From positions 407,166-471,165 of the forward strand of contig MU008190.1 in NCBI GenBank assembly GCA_010909165.1: a stretch of 64,000 nucleotides of DNA, written 5' to 3'. The position numbers and the translations under genes are program-made. The stretch comes from Anthoceros angustus. Lineage: Eukaryota > Plantae > Anthocerotophyta. Each line of letters begins with the position of its first letter. Position 1 is the first letter of the stretch. The notes under the pieces are model-generated. The model had not been told where the DNA came from. It worked only from the letters and a program-made list of their open reading frames with translations, and searched no databases. Of the stretch, positions 36,381 to 50,100 are shown one piece after another.

Positions 36381-37099
36381 GGTGGGGAAAACCCCGGGCG
36401 TCCGAGATTTTCCCACTCTAGCGGCCACACTTATCCCACCGTCGCAGACGCTGGGTTTCGTCCCCATGAGACTTGGGAGGTCAATCTTGAGAAATCACCA
36501 CACTTGCAGCACACACTACCTCAGCCTTCTAAACAAGCAAGGCGCCTCTCACGCCCTCTCAAAGCAGCTACACCGCATCGCTCAGAACTCACCAAACCTC
36601 AACCTACAACGACACCACACAATTGTGTTACGCCTTAACAAAGAAGGCCTATCACGGGCGCCAGGACCCCCGACCCACACCGCAACTTCGTCCCTACTCC
36701 TAAGACACTCTTCTCCACACAGTGGAGCGCCTTACTTGTGATTTGGGATTCTGGCCCCTTAGGCTCGCCTGTGGCCTTCCGCTTTTCCTACGCTCTAATC
36801 CTCCTCACAACTCTCTCAATCAACAACGCCTCTTCTTCTACTCATCTACCCTTCCTTCCTCCACAATCTCCTACTCTAACACCTAATTGCTGGCTCATTA
36901 ATTCCAACTCGCCCTTACGACAACCGCCTGGGGTCCGTCCGGAAATTAACGAGTTCTTCCTTGGGCTATGTGGTTTGTACTGACAGAACCTCCAGGAGTC
37001 TTTCCCCAGAGTCTACCCTCAAGCCGAGAGTTCCTTGAGCATCGCCACACACTCAAAGCAAAACAATTCACACACAAAGAACCATTCACAGGGGAGCGG
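36381..37099 (-). mobile_element. 3' ~700 bp of an inverted LTR of the same family, cut by the duplication junction
   Basis: Reverse-complement match to 35865-36375 (e.g. CCTTCTAAACAAGCAAGGCGCC) and direct match to 47146-47830 and 58331-58990. Confidence 0.85.
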
Positions 37100-37537
37100 G
37101 TGGCGCGCAAGACAGAAAGCGCAGGCCCCAACAACCGCCACCGGAGGCTCCGGAAAACGAGTGTCAAATCCAAATTTTTCTCGGAGGGGATGGGCCTGGC
37201 TGGCCTTCCAGTATCTGACAAACGCTTCCAGACTCCCAAGATGGAGGCGGATGGGCATATTCTGGAAGGCAAGCTGTCAGGGTACTTGTACAAAATGTGA
37301 ATCAGGCCACATGCCAACCTGTGGCCAGGGATTGGGCGGGTGAGGCGGCCTTCATTCCCGATCAAGTGTATGCTGTTAGACCTCAGGTCGGTGCAACTGT
37401 GCCACATTCTTTTGCGCCGCCCGTCTACCAAGGATTTAATGTCACCCGGCATCCTACCCACAGGAATCCCGACCCTGGTTTTCCTGGTAGGACCGCCGAG
37501 GCCGCCGACGTTAAGTAGGTACATATCTAGAAAGTAG
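37100..37537 (+). pseudogene. Duplicated 3' part of HESO1 last exon, fused to an LTR fragment
   Basis: Matches 26105-26548 with frameshifting indels; ends ...RYISRK*. Confidence 0.85.
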
Positions 37538-38114
37538 AGCTTGTGCCCCTGCTTAGCTAGGAGTTGGAAATATAGTACATAGGTTGGATCTCGATTGGCA
37601 TCTCGTAATATAAAGGTGTAAAGGAGGGCGATGGAGGCATCCAGCAGCGAGTCGTGACAAGATTCAGACGCAGTGGTAATGTAAACGAAGCTTGCTCAAT
37701 GCTTGGCAAGTCGCTACCGTCCAGTTCCCGGAACCATGATTAGGTAACCGGCCTAACCATTGATTAGGCATCTACGGCTGGATCTATAATCTCGGCTCTG
37801 CACAACCACGAGCCACTACATGTCAAGTGCCCAAAGTGCAAGTTGACATAGTTACAGCAAATGGAAAACCCTGAAGCCCTACGAGATTTCAAGTCCTCAA
37901 TGTACCACGCTGCACTTAGCACCGCTAAGTACCTGGTTAATGGCAAGATGATTTCACGTCATCCACGGCGGATGAGGAAAGAACCCTGGAGGAAATGTTC
38001 AGGTTAGTGACAGGGTCCTTAACATGTCCGTGAAAATGTCCATGTCCCAGCCGTTGTAGGCGCCCTGAGATTCCCCGCTGCGATATAGACAGGGAGGCAC
38101 GGCGAGTAAACGGC

Positions 38115-38957
38115 TCACAACTGCATGCTGCCGTTAGGCGGCTCTTCCCTGTTGCCGACTCGAGCAGCACTGGCATGCTCTTCTTGGTCACTGTAGCACA
38201 AGCATAGAATCAAGAGGATTGCACCACCAAATACAGGAATGGGGTGGAAAATCCACGTAAGGAGAACGAAGCCCAAACAGAATATTCTGGTGCCCGAGGT
38301 GTACAAGGAGGAGGCGGTATCGAGGACATCCGCCACACGCTCCGGGCTCCATCCAATATCCTGGGCTCTATGCAGAGGGATGTTGATGAGTACGTTGACG
38401 TGATTATATAACTTGATAGACTGAATGTAGAGCAGGAAACAGATGAGGAAGCAGGCGCAAAGAACCCCGAACTTGAATGTGACGAAGATATCATTCTCGG
38501 AAAAAATGGTGCGAGTCAGGGGCATCTTGATTTGGTAACTGCTGCTGATGATAGCCGCCATTCCTGTGGTAACCAGAATCGCTGATGTTGCCATTAAAGT
38601 GGACCCCATTATGCAGTTCCGGAGAGTCTGGACAGCCAGAACGGCCCTGCCCGGGTTGTCCTGCGACAAGGCATCGTGTCGTGAGCTCAACTGCTCAGAT
38701 AAACAGTGTGTTATACAGAAAAACCTTTCATGTATACATACAGATTGATTCCAAAATCGGTAACAGCATGCGATGGGCGCAGAGTAAGGGGCATGTACAC
38801 GTACTTGCATAATGCTTTTCACCCACTCTCTTCTCCCAAGGCTAAGTCTATTCCTGCCGACTGTTCTCTGTTTGTACCACCTGTATATCTGATACGCTGC
38901 CACCGACGTCACTGCGAAAACGCCTGAGCAAATGTCGATTGCCATTGAGCTCCACAT
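38115..38957 (-). CDS. DUF599 family membrane protein, copy 2, intact, 2 exons
   Basis: Exons 38957-38805 and 38660-38115 (144-nt GT-AG intron): WVKSIMQ|DNPGRAVLAVQTLRNCIMGSTLMATSAILV...FKFGVLCACFLICFLLYIQSIKLYNHVNVLIN. Confidence 0.88.
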   Translation of the reverse strand: MWSSMAIDICSGVFAVTSVAAYQIYRWYKQRTVGRNRLSLGRREWVKSIMQVRVHAPYSAPIACCYRFWNQSVCIHERFFCITHCLSEQLSSRHDALSQDNPGRAVLAVQTLRNCIMGSTLMATSAILVTTGMAAIISSSYQIKMPLTRTIFSENDIFVTFKFGVLCACFLICFLLYIQSIKLYNHVNVLINIPLHRAQDIGWSPERVADVLDTASSLYTSGTRIFCLGFVLLTWIFHPIPVFGGAILLILCLCYSDQEEHASAARVGNREEPPNGSMQL

Positions 38958-41399
38958 CGTTCTCCGCAAGCTTCAGGAAATTCTGGAGTGCTTAGTTGTA
39001 TTCTGATAGCAAGCAATCAAGAGAGTGTCATTGTCTGGAGCTACTTCACTACAAAACATAGATCCTCAGCTCCTTCATAGGTGAAGAGATGCCGGTGTCA
39101 CTCAGAACAAGAACGATCGAGATTTCTTGGTGCAACCACATGGCTTGTGGAAGAAGAGGGACAATTGAAAACCTCGAGCTGCCTGTTAGAATATCTTACG
39201 TTGAACTCTCCAAGTGAACGTTACAAATTCTAACAGACCTTATGCTCCACAAGAGCCACGCAACACAATGATCCAAAGCAAGAAAGACACGCGTCCGGGA
39301 AAGACAGCCGAGGTGATCTGTGCGCAGGGCTCACTCGCATCACTTGCTGTCTTCCAAGTTCCAAGCACACAGCAATGCATGCGCACAGCTTCAATTCTCA
39401 AGGAAGCAGGAACCACACGCACTGCAAAACAAAGGGGATGAGGTACCGTTGCAGAAATTCACAAAACAATCCCCAGATTCAAGCATCCGGAGGACGCCGC
39501 ACAAACAAATCATCACAGGCTCAAGACGGAAACAGAGAAAACAATCTGCGTACCCGTTCCTTTGCTTATTGCAGTTGAGCTAGCTATCCCGGATCCCCGA
39601 GGAGGAGATAGACGATCCAGCAGCAAGCAACTCCTCAATCACAATTGCCACGCGCCAAGCAAGGCAAAGACAGTGAGCAACCATAGCGTCCACTTGCAAG
39701 ACGGAATTGCTTTCAGATGCTGCTTGCCGGCAATGCAGGGCCTGGAACGGCTCCAAAACCGCTCAACACCGTGCGCAGGGCTCAGCCGGTCCCGGAGCAG
39801 CTGGAGATGGCTGGGGCAGCCGGCTGGAGCGCGCACAGAAAAGCAGCATACGGGAGCTCAAAGGGGGAGGAGGTGGCGCTGCCGAGCCGGGAGGGACACA
39901 GAGGCGGTACATACTCCGAGCATGAACAGCAAGGCATGGTCCAAGACGCACGCCGTATGCATGTGTGAGCCGATATACGTCACCAGGTAACCGCCTGGAG
40001 TTCTCGCAGCACCTGAACGGCAGGATTGCGATGCTCGGCCCGCGGGACCAGCAGTTGCGCAGAGTGCGGCGGCTGGGGCCTGCCATCGTCCTGCCCGGTG
40101 TACATGGCGTGGAGCCTCCCGGCCACTGCTCTCTGCTGCTCGCCGTAGGTCTGATGTCTCATACTTTAACCGTACATCAGGGTTGTTTTTTGTATTAAAT
40201 TGGATGATATCGACAATAAAACACACATGCATATGCGAAATAAATACGAAGCGGGATGCTGCAGCAGTTCCGAGAGGGGAACTACAGTACTCCGGGGCTC
40301 CACCATGCTGCCGTCGCGGGTCGACCTCTCCACCACGGCTGTAGTATATAAACATACAGTCCACACCCCCGTCCCATTAAGGGAGGTGTCCCGATTATAT
40401 TTTCCCTATTTAATAATAATAAAAATATTGTAAACTTTAAAAACTAAAAAATATCCAAAAAAAAAAGAAAATTTTAAATTTTGATTGATAGGTTTCACTA
40501 AAAATAACTTTTAGTACTTCTCTAGACAGTTGTTTGAAAGCTAGCACTTTCTGTAAGCAACATCAAAAAATTTCTACCTATCATAAAGGAAAAAGCTTAG
40601 CTTAAGAGTCTTTAATCACACCTAAAAGTCTATTGTGCTCTGAAATAATCGATTCCCTTTTCTTTATTTATTTTAATTTTTTTAGTAAAAGAATTAGAAA
40701 TCCCATTTAGGGTGAAACTAACATGAATGTATGTTTCAAAAGGTCCCAATTACCATTTAGGGAAAAGTCCCATTTATTACATTGTAAACTAAAGGGAGTA
40801 GGATGGGAGGTCCCATTTAGAGAGGAATCCCATTTATAGAGTTCACAATTAAGCCATTGTACATTTGTTTTCATTCAATGTCAGGCATACCCAAACATAG
40901 ATTGAGCTGCATACAATAGTAGGGAATACGTCAGACTCGCATAGCCCAGCCGGCAATGACCTCTTAATCACGGCTCTAAAAGTACACATGTATCCATTCT
41001 ACTTTATGTACTCCGGGGTAGCGTATCAATATGTACAGAAGGTGGGAACCCTTAATGCGACAGCGTAATTCCAAGTTTTGGGGCCGAGACTTATTGTTGT
41101 TTTAGAGGAAGAGAAGCGATTCTTATCCCATTTCCATTTCCAACTCACTTACCTAGTCACGAGGAGAACGTGTGATGACACTTTTAATTTATTTTTAATT
41201 TTTAATTTTTATAATTAAATAAAAATTATGACTATGACAACTCATTTCAGTAGTGATTCACTCCAAAGAAGTTCGATTAGGAAGTTAAAAAACTTTATTC
41301 TCTAAAGAACTTTAATAATGATGTTCTTAACTTTGTATATTTGGTATGTCCAAAGCGTCCTTTTAAACAAGATTCATTGTCCAAGATTGAGCGTTCTAC

Positions 41400-42282
41400 A
41401 TCGCACCAATAATTTTTCCATCACATGCGTTTTGCCTAGGCTTGGTCCATCCTCCGCTTGTCTTTTCAACTTGGGCAGCAAGGCTCCTCGATGACTCAGG
41501 GGCGTACTTGGCTGTGTCCGGTGGGCGGTGTATCGCCACGCGCCAGCGCCCAGGGCGTCATGTTCTCTATTGCTAGGAAGGCGGGTTCCTTCTATTGAGG
41601 GAGCGCCCTTACCCTACTCACCGGGTTTCGCTTAAGTCGATCTATTTTGACCCGGGGATCAAGTTCCGGTTGCTAATGTGGTTGTAGCGGCCCCACCCGG
41701 ATAGTGTCTGCGAATATGTTATTCTTAACCCTCCAGTTGGGCGGCGAGAGGATGCGCGATAGTTAAGGTCCACACATTACTCTCGTGGCGGGACGCCGCC
41801 TGTCCCTCTTACCATCGAGACTCACAGAGCCATGGGCAAAGATTTCTCCAGTTTGTCAAGGCCTTCTCAAGGCTTATCACGTACCGCAAGAATGGGGTTG
41901 GCCTCCCTTTGTTGTATTGTTGCTTTCTTCGGAGGGTTTCCGCTCTGTAGAGGGCATTGGCCAACACAGGCTGAGCGACAATGAGCGTCAAGTGCGGCGT
42001 CGTCGACATGGTGGTAGGTCTTTTCACATCCCAAACCACGAAGTTCTTCGAGCGGTTGGTGGTTTTGAATGCGTGATCGTGGGGGCTAGTCCCCACGGCA
42101 TGGTGCTCTTCATTGGGTTTTTCCCCTTTGTTGGGGTGGATGGGTTTTTCCATCTCTTTTATAGTAAAGTCTCATTTTATCTTTAAGACAAGAAATATGC
42201 CAAATCTTAAGTTCTTAGAGTGCTTCATTCGGGCTTTTGTGTGCATTGTATCCATATCATGATGTTATATATATATATATAT
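41400..42282 (+). mobile_element. Duplicate of the CRE-like remnant
   Basis: Collinear with 30400-31290, including the (TA)n. Confidence 0.65.
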
Positions 42283-42427
42283 CACAAATATTCTTCTTGT
42301 TAGTTTCTTTTAATTCATGTCTCTTGTCCACGATTCCAATGACTCATTCAAGATGACACAATAGGATATGTGACACTTACATATTAAGGGTGCAGGTAAA
42401 TTATATGCCTACAAAAACGTTAGTTCA

Positions 42428-45400
42428 TGTGGAGCATAAAAGTTTGGGCAACCCAAAAGAGCCAAGACAAACAAGTTTGATTTTTTTGGCTAGAACGATT
42501 GAAGAGGCATGCCAAAATTTTCGAGAATCTTGAAGCTAGAGTTGTAGGATATTGTTAGGAAGGCGAAGAGGATATCCCGGGAAGAAGAACGGGTCGACGA
42601 CCCCAGACGGGCGGAGGGCGGTCAAAGGTTGGTAGGCACTACCGTGGTCGCCACACACGCCGGTAGAAGAGTGGGGCACTACATGTAAGGGCGGACTACG
42701 TAGGTGACAAATCTCGGCTAAAGGAAATTTAGAATAGAGGGGATATCCACTATATATGCTCACCAATAGGGAATAAATATATAGAGTAATTAGAAGCGGT
42801 TAATTAGGATGAGAGATAGGAAAATAGGTAGTTTAGATAGAATTAGGATTTTGGAATGATGAACCCAATCTAGGGTTGTGCGCCGCGACATCCAGGAGGG
42901 CAAAGTGCGATTTGGGCGCTTCTCCACTTGCAAGAACAGAGGGTGGCGTTGGAGCGTGAGCGAAGGAAGGCGCCATCGCTGCGAGAAGAGGCGCCATCGC
43001 CAGCAAGGCGGGGAGGCGGCGGCAGCTTCATCGAGGAAGAAGGCGGGCGTGAGACCGGTGGAAGGAGCTGCGAAAAGTGGGAGAACTCGCCACGCCCAGC
43101 GGAGGAAAGTGTGGGCCAAGGAAGCAGCACCAAGCGTGGTCATAAATTGAGGCGGAAGGCGTTGAAAATCGGCGCCACCGGAAGAAGGACAAGGGAAGGT
43201 GGCGAAAGACTGGGCTAACGCGTGTGCTGCGGTGAAGTGGTTGCTACCCAAGGAGAAGTGTTTGGAAGAAAGTTTGGGAGCACTGGCATTGGAAGTAATT
43301 CCTTCCTTTGCACTTGGAAGGAAGGCGCGCCATGCCTCGAGGAGGAAAGGCAAGGAAGGGAGCCAGCAAGGCTCGCGAGGAGGAAAGGAAAAAGAGGAGG
43401 GCCGAGGGGAGGTGCTTTGATGCCCCAATTCACTTGCTTTGGCAGCTCAACCCCCGAGATTTAGTGATTTTCGGCTGGCGGAGGAGGAGAACATCCAATT
43501 GGGATGGGTGTATGGCCGCCAATGGGCCTACACCAATTTGGAATTGATTGAGGAGTGTTACATCAACCTCCATCAATCGAGCGCCCTTGCCGCTTCAGGA
43601 AAGGAATGCTCGAACGGATCCCGCTGGGGCCGTAAGGAGCATTCGACAGTGTATGGAGGAGGAGGAAGAGCTCGAATTGCTCTCCTCGAAAGGTCAAATG
43701 GAGGGAAGAGGACCCTCTCCGATATTCCAGTTCCTTGACATGATGGATGGAGGTGAAGGCCCACGCCAAGAATGGCTGGAAGACCGAGAGCATCAAGGAG
43801 CAGTGGAGGCTCTTCGCAAAGATTGTGCTGGGGTTGGTAAATTACCAACGCACTTCTTATTTCACCAACTTCCTCCAATTTTGTGGAAGATTTCCATGGG
43901 AGCCAAGCCGGATTGGGGAACCATTATGTATGAAGCGTACATCCACCGAGAAGCTCCTCAAGCCAAATTCGGTGGATGAGGAAGGGCCGGCCATGCTACC
44001 GGCACCTATTTGGTGCATTATGGGAAACCGAGGGACTTCTCACAAGCAAGGAGCTTGAAGATGCTGGCATCCCTTTGAGGTCATCCACCTCCCGAGTTGG
44101 AAAGGCCTTTGCCTTTGCATTGCGAAGAAAGAGTGGGAGGTCGACCTCCACAAGCATGCTAGAAGCAAGAGGAGAAGATGCGAGGCAACAAGGTTGAGTG
44201 GGAATCTTTTCCCCAGGGGCAAGCAAGGGAGAGGGAGGCGGCCGAGGAAGGCCGAATGGTAGTCTATGAGAGAAGGACTACAGGAGGGGTGATGGCCCAA
44301 GGGTGGGGAGTCCCACCATCTCATTTGTGCCTACGAGAGGCACCTGGCTACCCGGTAGGGGCGGCTACCCAAGGGGTGGGCGGACTACCGTGGTAGGCGC
44401 ACCTACCATGGTAGGTAGGCGGGCTGTGGGGGCGCACCGCAGTGGTAGGCACCCCTCGCCAGTGCGACTCTGGCGGGGAAGGAAGAGAAACGCGCCGCGG
44501 CGCCCCCATCTCCGCGCGGGTGGGAGGCGGATGGAGCGACAGTGAAGGGACCCGCGCCCGATGGCCCGGTGTGAGAGCTGGAAATTTCCAGCAAGAAGGC
44601 AGAGGGTGGAATTAGGACCCCTAGGAGAATTCTGGGTGCTTGTGAAGCACTCACGCGTGGATTTGAAGGGGCTAGCTAGCCTCCTTGTGGGCATGCCAAG
44701 AGGAAGGCCCAAGACATGGGGGAGGAAGCAGGACTAAGTGGCAATTGGAGGCCATGGAGTCCGATGAAAAAAGCCAAGGAAAAGGCAGAAGCTCCAACCT
44801 CATGGATGGCGGCGCGAGAAGGTCTAGAGGGAAGGTTGTCAAAGAAGAGAGAGCCATATTCGCAACACCCAAAGGATTCATGGAGCAAAAGGCGGAGCAT
44901 TTTGCCCAATTAGAGCAAGAGAAAGGGCAAAGCAGAGGCTCTAGGAAGGAGAAGTAGCGGTCCAGCAAATGGACGCGCATGAGCGGTGATGGCTACCCAA
45001 GCCATCAAAATCCGGGACATGGGAGGAGTTGAGGCGGACCGTTGGTTGGAGAAGCTCGGGACCAGCTCAAGAAAGGGGGCCGAGGTGCTTGCGGAGAAGG
45101 TTGCCAAGCAAATACGGTGGAACAAAGGAGGTTCCAGAGGAGGAGCATCACAAGAAGGTGGTGCAGAATCGGTAGTGAGGAAGCGGCGATTTTGGGCGAT
45201 GCCCTTGCAAAATTGGCCCGGCTAAAGGAAGCGAGGGAGGAGAATGTGACCCTCCATGTCAAGGTGGGGAATTGACCACCTCAAGGGACGCCTACAAGGT
45301 AGGTGTGAAGGATGGAGAGTGGCCACGGAGATTGATGATCTCCAAATGCAATATCATAGCTTGGGGCTCACCTCCACAGATTTTGAAGGCCAACAATGAG

Positions 45401-47145
45401 TCTTACGTTGGCCAAGAGGAGGACATTGGGTCCTCATGATGATGACAGAAGGAGCGCAACAAGTGCGGAGGCCTCGATTTTGATGAGGCCATGGACTCAG
45501 GAATAGTCGAGGAGGAGGAGAGCAGCGCCAAGGAGGATGGCGAGAGGCGAGGAGGGAGCCCACCCTCCCGGGGTCAACCTACCACGGTGGGTGACCCTAC
45601 CAGAGTCCCGGACTACCGTGGTGGCGCCCCGTAGTGCCCGGACTAGGTGCAGCGCAGCGGGGCTGGGAGTCGGGCCGGGGGGGCGGAGAGAAGAAGCCGG
45701 GGGGTATACCCCTGGAGGCGGAGGTGGGAGACAACCGGAGAAACAGGACGGGGTCCCGAGGAAGGGAGGGTGAGAAGTTCCCTCCCCCCGAGCAAGGGAG
45801 GAAGGCAGGAGAGGACCAACGAAAAGGCCCGAGTTAGGCAGATCCATGGTGGCGAATGGGGATGAAGACTCTTTAAAAATGCTCATGGTAGGTATGGACA
45901 AATCAACAGAAGGAGCAATGGAGATCTTGACCAAGTCCGATGCGAGAGAAAGAAGGAATAGGACGACTACCATGGTAGGTAGTTACCTACCCCATGTCGC
46001 GGACCACTGTGTCGATGAGCAGGCGACCAGCGGGAGGCTGGAGAAAAGGCGCCTAGGTGCGCGGAGCGCGATTGGAAGGACAGACTTTAGGCGCCGCCCG
46101 CGAGATGGAGGAAGGCGGGATTGTACTTGCCCCACATTGAAGCGACAAGATGGGAAGGGCAGAGCAAAAGGAGGCGAGCCAATCCACCAAGGGACATGTC
46201 ACCACCCAGTGAGATAAGGACTAAGAATGGTCAATGACCATAAATGAGCTTTGGGAAGAAGGAAGGATAGGTGGTGTAGACACATCCTTTAAGGATGGTC
46301 TTAGGTGAAGTTACTAGAATAGAATTTACCAAGGATCGGACAATAGACTTAGGTGCCGGACATTAAATCTTGGCGGTAGGAAATAATAGAAAAATTGGAA
46401 AAGGACTGCAGAGGGTCACCTAAGGGAGGTTGTATGTGGAAGGCCTCCTATAAGAGGAGGAGGATTTCACAAAGTAAAGTATCATGTCTTGCGCTTCCAC
46501 CCTCCGAGTCCTTTGCCATTCAGAGGAATTTCGTGTGTGTGAGCCAATGTCTGGTAGAGAGGAAGTCGCGGTGGTCGGAGTGCTTGGTGGAGGACTTGCT
46601 CCTGCAAGTGCCTAAACGAGTTGCTCCCCTTGTGAATGGTTCTGTGAAATTGCTTTGCTTTGGGTGTGTGGCAAATGCCGGGAACTCTCGGCTTGAGGGT
46701 AGACTGGAAAGACTCCTGAGGTTCTCTGGTGTCAAACTCATAGCCGGCCCAAGGAAGAACTTGGTGGAGGCGGACCCAGGTGCAGTAAGGGCGAGTCGAA
46801 ACCAGCCGCGAGGTTAGAATAGGAGGAAGAGGATGAGGAGATGAGAAGATGAGAGAGGATTAGAGGTGTAGGTGTTGGTGGAAGGCCACAGTGAGCCTAA
46901 GGGGCCAGATCCCAAATCTGCAAGTAAAAGCGCTCCACAGGTGAGAAGAGTGGTCTTAAGTAGGGACGAAATCGGTGTGGATCGGGGGTCCACAGGCGCA
47001 GTGATAGGCTCCTCGCCGAGGCGGGACCTGCAATTGTTTTGTGTCGTTGTAGGTCGAGGGATTGGCGATTTTCGGAAAGGCAGGCAAGTGGTCTGGTGCA
47101 AGAGGGAGAATAGAGGGCGCTTGTTTAGAAGGTGAGAAGTGTCGT
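42428..47145 (+). mobile_element. Duplicate of the ORF-bearing solo LTR
   Basis: Starts at TGTGG (42428), collinear with 31440-36380, and ends at the same junction GAAGTGTCGT|GGTGGG. Confidence 0.7.
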
Positions 47146-50100
47146 GGTGGGAAAACCCCGGGCGTCCGAGATTTTCCCACTCTAGCCACACTTATCCTTT
47201 GTCGTCGTTGGGTTTCGTCCCATGAGACTTGTGGGAGAGTCGAATCGAAATCACTCACTACTTGCGGCGGCACACCTCAGCCTTCTAAAGCAGGCGCCCT
47301 CTCGCTCCCTACAGCAGCCTACTACCGCTGTCTTTGCCCGTAAACTCACCACGTCTCAACCTACAACGACACCACACAATTTGCCACGTCTTTAACAAGG
47401 CGTCACGGGCGCCCGGGGGACCCCTGACCCACATAACCGTCCCTACTCCTAAGACACTCTTCTCCACAGGGGCGCCCTCTTACTTGCAGTTGGGATTCGT
47501 CCTTAGGCTCTGTGGCCTTAGTTTTCCTACGCTCTAATCCTCCTCACAACTCTCAATCAACAACGCCCTCTTCTTCTCTACTCATCTACCCTTCCTTCCT
47601 CCACAATCTCCTACTCTAACACCAATTCTTTGGCTCATTAATTCCAACTCGCCCTTACGCTGTGCACAGGGTCCGTCAGGAAGTGTGAGTTCTTCCTTGG
47701 GCGGTTGCTATGTGGTTTGTGCAGACGGAGAACCTCCGAGTCTTTCCTGCAGTCTACCCTCAAGCCGAGTTCCTTGAGCATCGCCACACACTCAAAGCAA
47801 AACAATTCACCACAACCATTCACAAGGGAGGCTAGAGGCGCTGCAAAAAGCAAGCCCTCCACCCGGCACTCCGACCGCGCGTTCTCCTCTCTACGGACCT
47901 TTGCGTTGGCTTGCGGCCGGCGAAATTCACGCACACAAAGTGAAGGACTCGGGAGGATGGGGCGCAAGACACGATAATTTTACTTGGCTCCCTCCTTTTA
48001 TAGGGAGGTCCTCACATCTGCCTCCCACAGCGCCCTCACAGCCTTTGCCTCTTATTTTAGTGTATCCTCTTGTCGGACTTTAAGTTCGACATCCAAGCAT
48101 CTTGGGTAAAATTCTATTCTAGCAAAATTCACCTATGTGAGCCTTAATGGCTCTGTCAACATTCCTATCTAGCTAGTCAACACACTCTGGGGACAAGCAT
48201 TAATGCACTCCTCCTCTAAAGAAAAGTCTTCCCAAGTGGCATCTTGCCCCATGTCTTCAAGCTAATTTAAGGACTTCTTATGAATCCCTTATCTTGATGC
48301 CTATCTTGAGTTCCTTCCTCCAATAAAATAGCCGGGCTCTCTTAGCCTTGGCTCATCCTCGACTTCTCCTCTTCCTCTCACTTGTGGAGCAAGTGAGCTC
48401 CTTGCTCACTGCACCCATGATCTTCTCCTCTTCCTCCTTGGATCCTTGCCCTCTTCTTCTTCTGCAGGGGCCCCCTCTCCTTCTTCCTACTGGTAGGTTC
48501 CCCAAGGAGGTTGACCACCCTACCGTGGTAGGTGGTCACCTTCAATTTTAGGTCTTCTTGGCTCTTCCTCCAGGTGGGTCCTCCTACCATGGCATCTTGA
48601 TTGTCTTTTTCCTTAGACCTTTCAATTCCTCCACCTCAAGTCTCCTCCCAGCTGGATCATCCCTCCCTCGTGCTAAGGATTCCTTCCTCCACTCCGCTGC
48701 AATGATCCGCCCTTGGCGTCCTCTCAGTGGCTTTCCTCCGTGTGGGCGCCATGTTGGCCATCTCTTTCCCTTTTTCCCTAACTTGGTCTCTTGGACTGCT
48801 TCCCGGACCTCTGTGGTCCATGTCTCCAGCAGGTTGGCTACACCATGGCATGATCTCATGATTGACCTCCTGCGTTTGTTTACCTTCGGCGCTCTCCCTG
48901 TGCCTGGTTTCATCTCTCTTTCCTCAGATCCTTGAGTCCATTTCACTTGTCACCTCCTTGAGTCATTCGCACACAGAAAGCCTCCCTCATCATCATGAAG
49001 CATTCTCCTCCAAGCGGAGTATCTCATTGTTGGCTTTTAGAATCTTGTGGAGATGTGCTCCTGACCTTGATATCTCCTCATCCAGTTTGGCCATTCTCCG
49101 TCTTTGCCTACCCTTAGGCGTCCCTCCATGTCGGCTCTCCTACTCTCCGTTGGCGACATTCTCTTCCTTGGCCCTTGTCAATCTGGTTAATTTAGTTTGG
49201 CTCGCCTGACTCTTTTCTTACCACGGCATCATGTGCACCACCTTCTTGTGATGCTCCTCTTGTGAGCCCTCTGTTGCTCATTCAATTCTTTGGGCGATGG
49301 TTGTTCCTCTTGCCATGCATTCTTCTCTCTCCATATTTGGAGGTCTTCTTCTCCGTGCTTCTTACCTCCAAGCTCAGACCTGCTTCTTCCTCCAAGTCCC
49401 TAATCTTCCTTGGGTGGCTGACTTGTTCTTGCCTCCACTTGGATTGCCTTCTTCTCCCTTCTGAGCATCTCAGCTCCATGGCTTCGGCCCTCCTACCTTG
49501 CTTTCCTTTTGTTTGTCTACCCTTGTTTCCTCTTCTTGGTCCTTCCAGCCTTTCCCCATCCACTTCAACTTGAGAGTCTCTTTCTTGAGTCCCTTCACCT
49601 CAATCGTCGCGATCTCCCTCGCCGGGATCTTCACCTCCTATGATGTGCTCCCTCAGGTCCTTGCCGGATGCCCCCTCGCTCCACTCGGTGGCTGCCTTGT
49701 TGCCGCTCTCCGCGGCTCCTTCTCTTCCCCGGTGGTGGCCTACCTCCCTGGGTTGCCTTCTTACCGTGGCGGCGTCGCCTCACGGACGCCCGGTGGGTGT
49801 TCTACCTACCTGTAGGTTGTCCACCTCGCCGTGGTCCTACCCTGTAGGTAGCACCTCCTCCCTGCGGCACAAAGGAAATGGTCACACCCTTGGTAATGGT
49901 CCTATTCCTCCTCCACGGTAGGTGCATCCAAATCCCACCATTTGGCCTTCCCTCCTCCTTGCAGCAATCTCTTCTTCGCAGCCTTCTTTTGGCCTTGGTC
50001 TTCCGCAATAATGGAGGATCTGGTCCTCCCCGGTCCTCCTTAAAAGCAAGCATCCGGCCTCTCCTTGGTTGGAGATGGATAATGTTAAAGGGATGCTTGG

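Larger units (their letters stand above)
26105..37099 (+). repeat. Copy 1 of an ~11-kb direct tandem duplication
   Basis: Collinear with 37100-47830 starting at GTGGCGCGCAA(A)GACAGAAAGCGCAGG. Confidence 0.92.
37100..47830 (+). repeat. Copy 2 of the ~11-kb tandem duplication
   Basis: Collinear with 26105-37099. Genic parts are near-identical apart from small indels; TE parts are much noisier. Confidence 0.92.

Noticed and set aside
38115-38969. Single-exon 284-aa DUF599 ORF
   Set aside because: Includes a 144-nt in-frame GT-AG intron (38804-38661); removing it restores the family motif WV..IM.DN...LAVQTLRN.
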